Assembly (NCBI GenBank): GCA_964019335.1
Contig: OZ025652.1
Coordinates: forward strand, 248,001-312,000
From: Diplonema japonicum
Lineage: Eukaryota > Protista > Euglenozoa: Diplonemea
Direction of reading: 5' to 3'
DNA length: 64,000 bases
How positions within the stretch are numbered: position 1 is the stretch's first letter; each line of letters starts with the position of its first letter. A model generated the notes under the pieces. It was not told the origin of the DNA. It saw nothing but the letters and a program-made list of their open reading frames with translations, and ran no database searches. Below are positions 53,601 through 64,000 of this stretch, piece after piece. Both the position numbers and the translations under genes were made by a program.

Positions 53601-56600
53601 ATTGGGAGTCTCCGCATTGCTTCGTACACCATATGTTCCTGGCAAACACGGGTTTGTTTCCGGGTTCCCAGTGCTTTCGGGGCAATAGAAACCTTCAGGG
53701 CAGTCCTTTGCAACTACATAATCACCCGATGAACAGAGTTCGAGGTTGTAGCAGTACTGACCAGCAGGACAGGGTTCACACGCAGCCCAACCAGTTCCAT
53801 TTGAGCGCGTCCCACTTTCGCAGCGCAACCATATTGCAGAACCAGCGGGGCAGTACTGACCAAATGGACACGTCAGATTCGTAGGTGCTGCTTCGTGCTG
53901 ACCTTCAGGGCAGTAGTACCCAGCGTCGCATTGTCCGGTGGGGGTAGAGAGCCCTGTTGTGGCACAATAGTTTCCAGGGGTACAGGGAATGCATTCGGTA
54001 AGTAACACACCACCTGTCGCTGAGAGAAGGGTCCCAATCGGACATGGGGTAGGTTCCGAACTTCCTTCGGGGCAGTAGTTCCCTACCGGGCAGATGTCAC
54101 CAACGGGGTCGCCGTTTTCCAAAACAGGAACACCCGGAGAGTTGGTAGGCATCGCTCTGTCCGAAGAGCGGGTGCAGTAGTAGCCTTCGTTGCATTGCGC
54201 TGTAGGAGCCAACAGACCTTCCGTCGCACAGTAGTGACCAGGGTCACAAGCTGTGCACGCCTCTACCGTTTCCAAACCTTCGGCATTGCTGTAAGTACCC
54301 AAGGGGCAGGGGAACTGTGTCGCGAACCGCGTGTTCAATGGGCAATAGTGGCCACGGGGACAGATCTCAGGTGACGTGTAGTTCGAATTCGGGCAGAAAT
54401 TGGCAGCATCGCAGTAGTACCCAGCAGGACAGATGGTGCAGTTGACCTGGCCAGTCTCAGACGTGAAAGTACCTGATTCACAAGGGAGTGGAGCACCGCT
54501 CCCCTCTGGGCAGTAGTGTCCCATGGGGCAGATGAACTCAGATGGTGCAGGAACCTGCGAGCCTGCTGCTGTTTTACCTGGGCAGTAATAACCCTCAGAG
54601 CATTTCAAGGCAGGCGTAACCAAAGCCAGCGTCGGGCAGTAATAACCTGGGGTACAAATGTGACAATCGACGAGAGACTTCCCGTATTTATTGGGGTTGA
54701 AGGTCCCGATCGGGCATGCAACAGGCGCCACCGACTCAGCCACGCAATAATGACCAGTAGGACAGGCATTGCCAGTCGTACCATCTTCGGGATTAGGGAT
54801 CACAGCAGAGCCCGTACAGTACCAACCAGCAGAGCACACATCTGTAGGCAGGCTCAGTCCAGCAACATTACAGTACTTTCCTGAGTCACACGGCTGCATT
54901 TCGCGGCTCCCTTCAGGGCAGTAGTTTCCAGGCGAGCACCTGCCGCCGGTCCCTGAGATCGTCGGCATGCTGTTCGATGCATTGATGGTGCAGTACCACC
55001 CCGCTGCACACAGCCCCGTTTTGTTTGACGACCCAAAACTACACCAGAAGCCAGCGTCACAGGCTAAACAGTCTCCTAACGAATCAATCATCGTGAATGG
55101 GTTGTACGAGCCAGCAGGGCAGTCAAGGGGCGCCGCTGATCCCTCAGGGCAGTAGCTACCTGAAGGGCACATTGCACCATCAGGTTTGCTATCAGTCCTT
55201 CCGCTGAGGCAGTACCACCCTGGTGCGCAATCACCTGTCACGGCAGACAACGCGGACTCTTTACAATACTTCCCAGCATCGCATGTGCTGCAGTCGCCCA
55301 GCAACTGTCCTTGCACAGCAGGCCTGTAGGATCCTGGAGGGCAGCCAGTAGGCAACGTTGATTTTGTGGGGCAATAATGACCAATTGGACAGATACCTGC
55401 CACACCACCGAGAACACCCACTCCTGCAGTCACCGTGCTCGCCCCCGATTGACAGTAGTATCCTGATTGGCACACAGCGTCAGGGTTTACCAACCCATCA
55501 GTGGTGCAGACATCGCCACCTGAGCAAGGGGTGCACTGGCTCTGCGAAATCAAGCTTGTCACGTTGCTGAAACTACCAGACGGGCACCTTGGGATATTGC
55601 TGTAGTCGCCTGTCCCTGTAGGACAGTACATGCCTTCCGGGCATGACGCGGGCACAGTCGTTGCAGAACCACAGTAGTATCCCTCGGGACACTGCGCACA
55701 TGAAGAGAAGCCTGGTCCAGTAGTGTACGTGCCCGCGGGGCACGGTGCAGGTGTGACTGTTGCAATGTCCGATGTCCAGCCATCGAGAAGCGTTTCCACC
55801 GACTTGTCGGGTTTTCCAAAGTCCGTCACTAAGTTCAACGTAGGACAAAAGTGACCGTGAGGACAGGCGCCGCCCTTCATGTTGCTGCACAACCCGTCGC
55901 ATGGATTCTTTGAGCACATCCTGTCTGTGCAACCTGTGGGGCAGTAGTATCCCGTCGAGCAAAACGACGTAACAGCACGATTCCCAGGGCCCTCACAGTA
56001 GTAGCCTGGAGAACATGGAACGCAAGCACTAATGTTGGTCGCTTGTTCATCAGGCTGGAAAGTACCCTCGGGACAAGGGCTAGTCACGTTTGACACAGTG
56101 CCCTCCAAGCAATAATGCCCTGGAGGGCATTTACCTGCCTCACCACCCAGGATACCTACCTCAGCCATTGCGTTCCTGGCACCAGAACTACAATACCATC
56201 CTGCAAAACATTTGCCAGACGTCTCATTTAAACCTGACTCCGCACAGTACATCCCAGCGTCGCACAACTGACACTCCGTCATGTTCTGCAACCCTCTGAG
56301 GGGGCTGTACGAACCTGAAGGGCATTCTGGAATTGCCACACCGGTGCCTTCAGGACAGTATTTCCCTTCGGGGCAAATCTCCGGCGTAATGCACTGCTGC
56401 TGACAGTAGTAACCTGCAGGACACGTATAGCACTTTGAGTGCCCTGTAGACGAAGCATACGTCCCATCGGGGCATGGGATGGGTGTCACTGTGCCGATAT
56501 CGGATGTAAGGCCGAGGAGTAGCGTCTCCACTGCGGGAAGAGGGTTCGTTTGTGTAGGGCAGTAATGCCCTCTTGGACAGGCACCCCCTTTCATGTTTTC

Positions 56601-59600
56601 GCAGAATTGGCTCGTGCACGGCAGGTTCTGGCATTGTTGATCGCTGCAACCCAGTGGGCAGTAGTACCCTGGCCTGCAAATCCCAGTGATGTTGATCTGA
56701 GCTTCTCCTTCACAGAAAAACCCAGGGGGGCACGTCAAGCAAGCGGTTTCATTGGTTCCACGAATTTCAGGCTGGTACGTCCCTGTCTGGCACGCGTTAT
56801 CGTTAGCACCCCTTGTCCCCTTCGGGCAAAAGTAACCCTTGGGGCATGGACCTGTGTTCCCGCCAAGCTCTCCCAACAAGCCTTGTGGATCCCCAGCACC
56901 ACTCGTGCAGAAGTATCCAGCGTCGCAAGGGCCAGTGGTTTCGTTGTTACCAGTATTTGCGCAGTACATTCCAGGGTCGCAAAGAGCGCAGTCAGTTTTT
57001 TGTACATTGTTATTGTTGGGGCTGTAAGAACCCTCGGGACACATCGGTTGATTCATGCCAGTACCGCTAGGGCAGTACCTGCCTGTGGGGCACGGACGTG
57101 CCTCGTACTCAGCATGGCCACAGTAGAAGGCCTGTGGACACGTCGCGCATGTGTCCTGTGCCGTCGAAGCGGTGTACGACCCCTCCGTGCATTCAACAGG
57201 TGTGATGGTTGACCTTGAAGTGATGGTCCCGCTGCCCATCGTGACAGTGGAAGCTACTCCAGTTTCAGTGGGGCATTTGTGACCCACAGGACATGCACCA
57301 CCTGCCATGTGCCCGCAGTTGGTGTTGCAGGGGTTGTTCGAACACTTTGAGTCGGCGCATCCACTAGGTGCGTAATACCCTGTTTCGACCATGTCGGTGA
57401 CGGTGTAGAGCGCTGTTGTTTCACAATAATACCCAGGTGTACAGGGAAGACACGAATCGATGGAAACCCCCCCTAAGTTGGGGTTGTAGGTCCCGATAGG
57501 GCATGGGTGTGTGGTTGCCGTGAGCGTTCCGTATTCACAGTAGTAGCCTCTGGGGCAGACACCACCAACGCCACCCATCTCGCCTACAGTACCATCTGCG
57601 CCTGCTGCACCCGCAGTACAATAGTAACCGCGGGAGCACCATCCGGTGACGTTTCCAGCACCAGGTGAAAGGCAGTAATTACCAGGGTCGCACATAGTAC
57701 AGTCAGTGATGTTGTGGAGTCCTGTGCTCGTGGAGTATGTCCCAGGTGGGCACGGGGTGTATGTGGGCTCGGGAGTGCCCTCATTGCAGTAGTACCCGAC
57801 AGGGCACGGCTCGGGCGTGTGAGCCGATGACGGCATGATTGCGTAACTGCACCAGCTGCCGTATGGGCAAATCAAACATTCTGAGAAGCCTTCCGCTGGA
57901 GCATAGGTACCAGCAGGGCACGCGACGGGATCGATTGGACCACGGACCTCGGTGTTGCCAGTCCTGTCGTTCGTCCACGAACCCGAAGGGCAGTAGTGAG
58001 CCTTGGGGCATACACCACCTGCAGCGTACGGAGGAGTCTCGTAAGGTGAAGGATGTGCACAGTTGGTGAAACAAGGTTGGTTCGAGCACGTGTCGTCAGA
58101 GCAACTAGTGGGGCAGTAGTATCCTGCCTTACATGGTCCAACAGGTTCAGCCAGACCGCTACCAGTACAGTAGAATCCGGGTGTGCAAGGCAGACATGAA
58201 GTTTCATTACTCTGCATTTGGTACGGATTGAAGGTACCAGCAGGGCAGGGGTTCGATATGTTGGACGGCGTCCCCTGCGGGCAGTAGTGGCCAGCAGGAC
58301 ATGCACCTCCGTACCCGCCTAGCTCACCGGCTTCACCGTAGTGATCAGCAGCACCAACAGCACAATAGTATCCCTCCTGGCAGAAGGCTGCATCTGGGAT
58401 CGCCGTCATGGCTTCGTCTTTGCAGTGAAGACCTTCAGGGCACAGTTTGCAGTTTGTGATGTTCTCCTGTCGCGTGAGGTCGAGGTACGTACCAGGCGGG
58501 CATTTCGGAATGTCCAGCGTCGTACCTGGAGGGCAATAATGCCCCTTCAAGCAGTCCGTCGGTACCGATATCCCAGTCCCGCAGTAATACCCAGTAGGGC
58601 ATTCGATACATGATACGAAACCGTTCCCGGGGGAGTACGTCCCCTCGGCACATGGCGTTGGCGTGATGGCGCCTAAAGTGCCTGGTGTGACCTGCGGGCA
58701 GTAGCTTCCAGGTGGGCAAGCCCCGCCCGTTGCGCCCGCTGCACCAGGTGTGTTGCTGCAGTATTGGTCAGAGCACCCAAACGGACAGTAATACCCAGGA
58801 GCGCAAGGTCCTGTGGGCTCAGGTAGCCCCTCTGTTTCACAGTGCATTCCAGGCAAGCAGGGAAGACAAGCGGTTTCATCCACTCCCAGTTTTTCGGGGT
58901 TGTAAGTTGCAATAGGGCAGGGGTGGGAGATGTTGATTGCAGTCCCGTTGGGGCAAAAGTGTCCAGTAGGACATGGCCCACCTTCACCACCAAGGGAGCC
59001 GACTTCACCCCTACCAGTGTACGCTCCTGATGTACAGTAGTAACCGGCAAAGCAGTCGGGAGTAGTCGAGTCGATGGACCCATGGCCATCTTCTGGACAA
59101 TAAAGCCCCGCCGGACACGGGAGGCAGTCTGTGCTGTTTTCGTTATACAGTGTGTGGAAGTACGATCCCTTGTCGCACAAGGGCATTTGAAAGTGTGTTC
59201 CTTCAGGACAGAACCTACCAGGCTGGCAAGGCTGAGGTTGGCGAGCAGACATGACTCCGTTGGGGTCAACTGCACCACGGTCGCACCAATGTCCTGCGGG
59301 GCATATTTTGCAGCTTGCCTTCCCCATCTCGTTTTGATACGTCCCATACAAGTTGAGATACCAATTACCGAAAACATCGGCCACCTTTTCGCAAGGAATA
59401 GGCCAATCCGTACCTGTAGGACAGTGGTATCCACGAGGGCACTTTCGAGGGCCCTGTGACGCCAGGACTGTGTCCAACACCGCGTACTCTGTCGTCTCTC
59501 CCGGATAATTCGAACACGTGGACGTGTAGCAGCCGCACCCTATATATCCAGAGGGGCACACTTCACCAGTGGCAGCTCCAGGGCAGTAGTATCCTTCCTG

Positions 59601-62600
59601 GCACCGTTGTGGTTGTGAACCAGGAATCCTAAATGCCATTCCTGTGCTGTCACAGTAATACTGTGGAGGGCACGGTCGGCATGCGATTTGTTTGTCCGCT
59701 CCGAGAGTTTGATCTCTGAAAGTCCCTGCGGGGCATGCAAGCGGTGAGCCTGTTGCATTAGGGCAATAGTGACCAAAGATGCACTCACCACCATACGGGT
59801 TGAGAAAACCGCTGGAAAAGGTGGCAGGGAGGTTATCTTCGACATCTGTGGTACCCGGAACAACATACTGAGAGCATGTGGACGTGACGCACCCTGTTGC
59901 GCAGTAGTACCCTGTGGAGCATGTTCCTGTTGGTTCAGAGGCGTTAACGAACTCGCAGTGGTAACCAGACCTACACGGCAGGCAGTCCGTGATGTTCTGG
60001 CGTCTCGTCACCGGCTGGTATGTCCCGGAAGGACAGCTCTCAGGAACGATCGACCCAGCAGGGCAGAACGAACCAGGTGGACACGCAAGGTATGTAATCA
60101 TTGCCCGCTCGGGGCAGTAGTTCCCTAAAATACACGGCTGGCAGTCACCCTGCCCTACTGAAGGGTTGAATGTCCCAAGGGGACATTCCACAGGGGCAGA
60201 GGCACCCGGTCCCGTGTAATGGCCAGCAGGTGTTCTGAACTGTGTCGGCAGCTTCGCTTTACCAGTGCAGTAGTACCCTGCACTGCACGGTCCTGTGGGG
60301 TACGGCAGGTTGGACCCACTGCAGTAGAACCCTGGTGTACAGTCAATGCAATCCTGCTGACTTGAGCCGCCCGTGAAGTTGTTGAAGGTGCCCTCGGCAC
60401 ACGCTGTAGGGTACGACGATCCAACAGGGCAGTACCCACCCTTGGGGCAGAGCCCCCCAGTAGGAAGTCCAGAGGGAGCAGACGTAAACGCTCTCGAGAT
60501 GCAGTAGTAGCCAGGGTCGCACAGACCAGTTGGGTGGGTCAAACCCATCCCATCGCAGTAGTACCCAGCTGTACACGGCGTGCATTCTTCTTGGCTCCTC
60601 AGATCTGTCGAGTTACCGAAAGACCCAAGCGGACAGGGTTCCGGCTTGCTGCTACCTGCCACGCAGTAGTAACCCCGCGTGCATGAAACGGGCGATGCTG
60701 TTCCTTCGGGACAGTATGAACCGCGAGGACACACAGCACAGAATTCTTCGCTCTCGGCTTTCGGTTGTAACCTGTAGTACCTTGCCGGACACGCTTGCTG
60801 CTTCGGACCTGTCGACCCTTGCGGGCAGTAGTACCCCGGTGAACACTCACCTGTGACATTGGCCATCCCTTCGAAAGCACAATAGTACCCCGCCTCACAC
60901 ACAGTGCACTCTGTAACACTTGCCTTGCCGATGAGGGGGTTGTAGTAACCAACAGGACAAGCGACTGGGTCAGGAGTTCCGGTAGGGCAGTAGTGTCCTT
61001 CAACACAAGAGTGGTGGTCGGCCTGAGGGACATGGTTCGTGCCATTACCACAAAACAGCCCAGCAGGGCACAGGAATAAGCGCTCCTTGTGCTCTTTAGT
61101 AGTGGTATCCAAGGGACAGTAGTACCCCGCCTCGCACAGCGAACACTCACCCCATCCTTCGTCAGAGTAGTACCCGATCCCACAGGGCACAGGGTCGTCG
61201 GACCCCTGAGGGCACGCATACCCAGCAGGGCAAGTCAAGCACATGCGAGCGTCAACGTCCTTTGTGGGTCCAGGACCGATGGTGTTGTTGCGCGAAGAGT
61301 ACGTTCCCATTGGACAGGGTTGCATCGCACTGCTACCAGCAGGGCAATGGTGCCCCGGCAAGCAAGCCTTGCACTCAGACTCAAATCCAAGACCTGTCTG
61401 GTCGTTATATGTCCCCTGCGGGCACGGGACCTGCGTAAGTGTAAAAGACTTAACAGGGCAGTAGTGGCCGAGACCGCAAAGTGCGGTAGGCTGAGATTCA
61501 CCACCAAGACAGTAGTAGCCCTGCGGGCAGTCAGTACACTGGTCTGCGGTCCACAAAGAAGTGGAATTCGTATATGTTCCTTGCGGACACGGGAACTCGG
61601 TGGCACTCCCAGCACGTTCTCCGGTGTAGGAAGCAAGGTAGAATTCGAGTTGGTTACCAGGAGTCGGTACACCGGGGCAGTAATGGCCTTGCGCACAGAC
61701 AACAGGCTCGTCGTTAGGGGAGATACCCGTACCGGCAGGACAGGCATAGCCTCGCCAGCAGATCTCACAATCTTGCATTCTCTTCAAATCGGTTCTGAAC
61801 GAGTACGCACCAGCAGGACATGCGTTCGCTGTGGCCAGTGCCGTACCTGTTGGGCAGTAGTGTCCGGCAGCACAAGGTGTTAGGTGCGAGTCGGTTTGCT
61901 GCGTTGCTTCACAAGCCCATCCAGCCTCGCAAGGCCTGCACCTCGTGGCACCGTTCAATGGTTGGAACGAACCAGCCAAACATGGTGTTGCAGCTATCAT
62001 TCCGCTTGTCGGGCACTGATGCCCAGCTGTACATTGCCTGCACTGACTAACTGACACCAACCTAGTAAAAGCGTTGAACGTGCCCGGTGGACACGGATTC
62101 TCATATTCGCTGCCCGTACCGGTGGGGCAGTAGAACCCAGGGGGGCAGTCGTTGGCAGCATAGCTAGCTGTTCCCGCTGCGCAGTAGAATCCTTCTGGGC
62201 ACAGCACGCACACGGTCCTTGTAACTGCACCTTGAGTACCACTGTACGTTCCGCTAGGGCAAGGTGTCGGCTGCGCTGACCCTTCAGGACAGTAGAACCC
62301 TTCAGGACATTTGATAGAATCACTGATGCCAGCAGTTCCTTCGGCACACGAATAACTGGCAGGGCAGTCATAACAGGCCTGGTTCACTGACTCACCATGT
62401 GTCATGTTTCCGTAGGTACCTGCTGGGCAAAGAGTAGCTACGACAGCTGCAGAGGGGCAGTATGACCCTACTGGGCATTCGTGGCCTTCTGGGGTAGGTG
62501 TGGTGCCACCAGCTGGGCACAAGTAACCTCCGTTGCAAGGTTGGCAAGCAACAGAGCCAACATAACTCCAGTACCCAGCTGAACAAGGTGTTGGTGCTGC

Positions 62601-64000
62601 ATTCGTTGTAGGGCACATGGAGCCAGCGGGGCATAGCGTGCAACTTGTTTGGCTCTGGGCGCTGGTGTATGTCCCAGAGTCGCACGTCTTGGGCGATTCA
62701 TAAGGTGTCGTGCAGACCTGTCCTGCCGGGCACGGGACGCAGGACACAGCACCCGAAACGACGAAGGTCGTTCCGACCGCAGGATACGTTCCAGACGTGC
62801 AGAGGGTCTTTCCACCATCTGGGAGGGTAGGCGTAGGGCACTGGTACCCAAGAGGGCACTTAGTGCACGCGATCGACCCTGCTGGCGCGTACTCACCGGC
62901 AACACATGCAACTTGCCTTCCTACGCCTAGAGGACCGATCCAAGGTTGGGAAGCAGCAACAGCAGTCTTCGGGCAGTAGTAGCCCGGGTCACAAACGTGG
63001 CACGTAGTTTCGCCTGGCTGCGTGAAGGAACCGTTGATACAGGGGGTGACAATGTCCTGTGTGGTGCTTGGGCATGCTGAACCAGCAGGGCACTCAACGC
63101 ACGCGGATTGCGCACCAACACTGTAAAACCCAGGGGAACATATCACTGGTGCGAACTGCTCGCGATTAGCGTTGGGGCATTCATGCCCAGGCGGGCACGC
63201 TGTGCAGTTTGTTTGTTCCCTTTCAGAGAAATACCCCGAGTCACACGGGATCATCACAGAGTCTTCGGTCGTAGGGCAGTAGAAACCAGGGCTGCAGGAA
63301 GTGCATTTTATTTGTCTCCCTGCAGAAAAAGTACCAGGCTGGCACTCTCTTGCTGTTTCGAATCCCGTCGTGGACGGGCATTCAAAGCCAGGAGGGCAAT
63401 CCGTGCAGTTCAGCGACTTTGCATAGCTGTAGCTCCCCTGAAAACAGGGCTCCGGTGCAGTCCATTTGTTCGGAGAATACCATCCAGCCTCAACTAAGTG
63501 GCACTCGTCGTCCAGTTCTTCGCTGTAGTACCCCGAAGGGCACCATACGGGACTTGTCCCGTTATAGCATGCCTTTCCTGCTTGGCATGGTGAGCACTCC
63601 GTCTGCCTTGCGAATGAGTAATGACCCGGGGGACAGCTAACGGGCGCCATTGAAACGATCGGGCACTTGGACCCAGGGGGGCAATCCAAACATTCAGTAT
63701 TACCCGGGATCCTGTACATCCCCGACAAACAAAGCTCGATGGTGTAGTTCTGAGAGAGAGCATCGAACTTGCAGCTGGCACCACGGGGGCACTCGGAACA
63801 GAAGGACTCACCTTCAGGTGAGTAGTACCCCTGCTCTAAGTCACAAAGCTGAGGAACAGTGGAAGTGTTTGCGCACCTGTAGTTGGCAGGGCAAATCGAG
63901 CATCCGGTACTGCCTTCGAGAGAGTACGTATTGAGGGGGCAGTCAACTGGAGACGAAGTTTTACTGGAGCAGTACTGCCCAGCCGGGCACAGAGTGCAGT
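38637..64000 (-). CDS. Giant (>8300 aa, 5'-incomplete) single-pass membrane protein: GCC2/GCC3 (ephrin-receptor-like) Cys-rich ectodomain, TM ~49363-49437, multi-domain cytoplasmic tail
   Basis: Frame stays open from 63998 through the 7786-aa ORF, with very many CPxGxYCP/CxxC repeats and TM WVLIGVLLVGLFILVIGVIAGLW. A 36-nt intron at 40342-40377 (GTATGA...CTACAG) removes the apparent stop and joins ORF 38637..40220 in frame. Confidence 0.92.
39634..41265 (-). other. Cluster of five predicted mini-introns in the giant gene: 41227-41265 (39 nt), 40995-41027 (33), 40342-40377 (36), 40005-40040 (36), 39634-39675 (42)
   Basis: Each has a GTATG or GTGTG donor, a C/A-rich body and a CAG acceptor. 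Each interrupts coiled-coil sequence with an off-composition peptide (e.g. LANHTHPHY, VCSTCCITPPSQ, LNTPHTTPHR). Confidence 0.75.
42600..47450 (-). repeat. Degenerate ~35-aa protein repeat array (P-x-E-L-x-D-D-x-S-L-x-x-E-E-R...R-x-A-F-x-x-G)
   Basis: Examples: IPEELLDDETLPADEREKRAELRE, IPESMLDDETLAPEERKKRAELRQAFMTG, VPKEILDDDSLPAEERERRRHLRNAFKQG. Confidence 0.85.
55380..59250 (-). repeat. Higher-order super-repeat (~225-250 aa, about six copies) in the Cys-rich ectodomain
   Basis: Marker (G/A)-x-x-G-x-(L/M)-G-G-x-x-G-x-C recurs near 58990, 58320, 57575, 56865, 56148 and 55410. Confidence 0.8.

Overview
This is eukaryotic genomic DNA, most likely from a euglenozoan and probably a diplonemid (inference). 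About 16 protein-coding genes all lie on the minus strand like a polycistronic cluster. They are separated by spacers rich in poly-A/T and poly-G/C runs, with U-rich tract + AG acceptors upstream of several start codons. Unlike trypanosomatid genes, they carry very short (33-65 nt) GT-AG cis-introns. Genes: a truncated Pro-rich/coiled-coil protein, a La-motif RE/RS-rich protein, a type I membrane protein, a KG-rich protein, a coiled-coil protein, a small TM protein, a 2219-aa ankyrin protein, an SMG8-like NMD factor, a type I DnaJ, a RING+NZF ligase, a secreted GH31 glycosidase, an SH3/PDZ-like protein, a HEAT/CLASP-like protein, an FMO with PTS1 and a stand-alone MIF4G protein. The last gene encodes a giant (>8300 aa, 5'-open) Cys-rich single-pass receptor-like protein, formed by joining two track ORFs across a 36-nt intron. 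A decayed piggyBac element (TTAA TSD, 14-bp TIRs) lies between the GH31 and RING genes. Most interesting: (1) the giant receptor's cytoplasmic tail, with an ART-like domain, a SEA-like domain, an unfamiliar ~35-aa repeat array and an HxxxH module; (2) many hidden, stop-free 3n mini-introns with CA-rich 3' ends in a window that also holds an SMG8 homologue; (3) a piggyBac carrying its own splice acceptor; (4) an identical 48-bp element upstream of two different genes; (5) a G-U-supported RNA hairpin downstream of the KG-rich gene. All domain calls come from motif recognition by eye, not from database searches.
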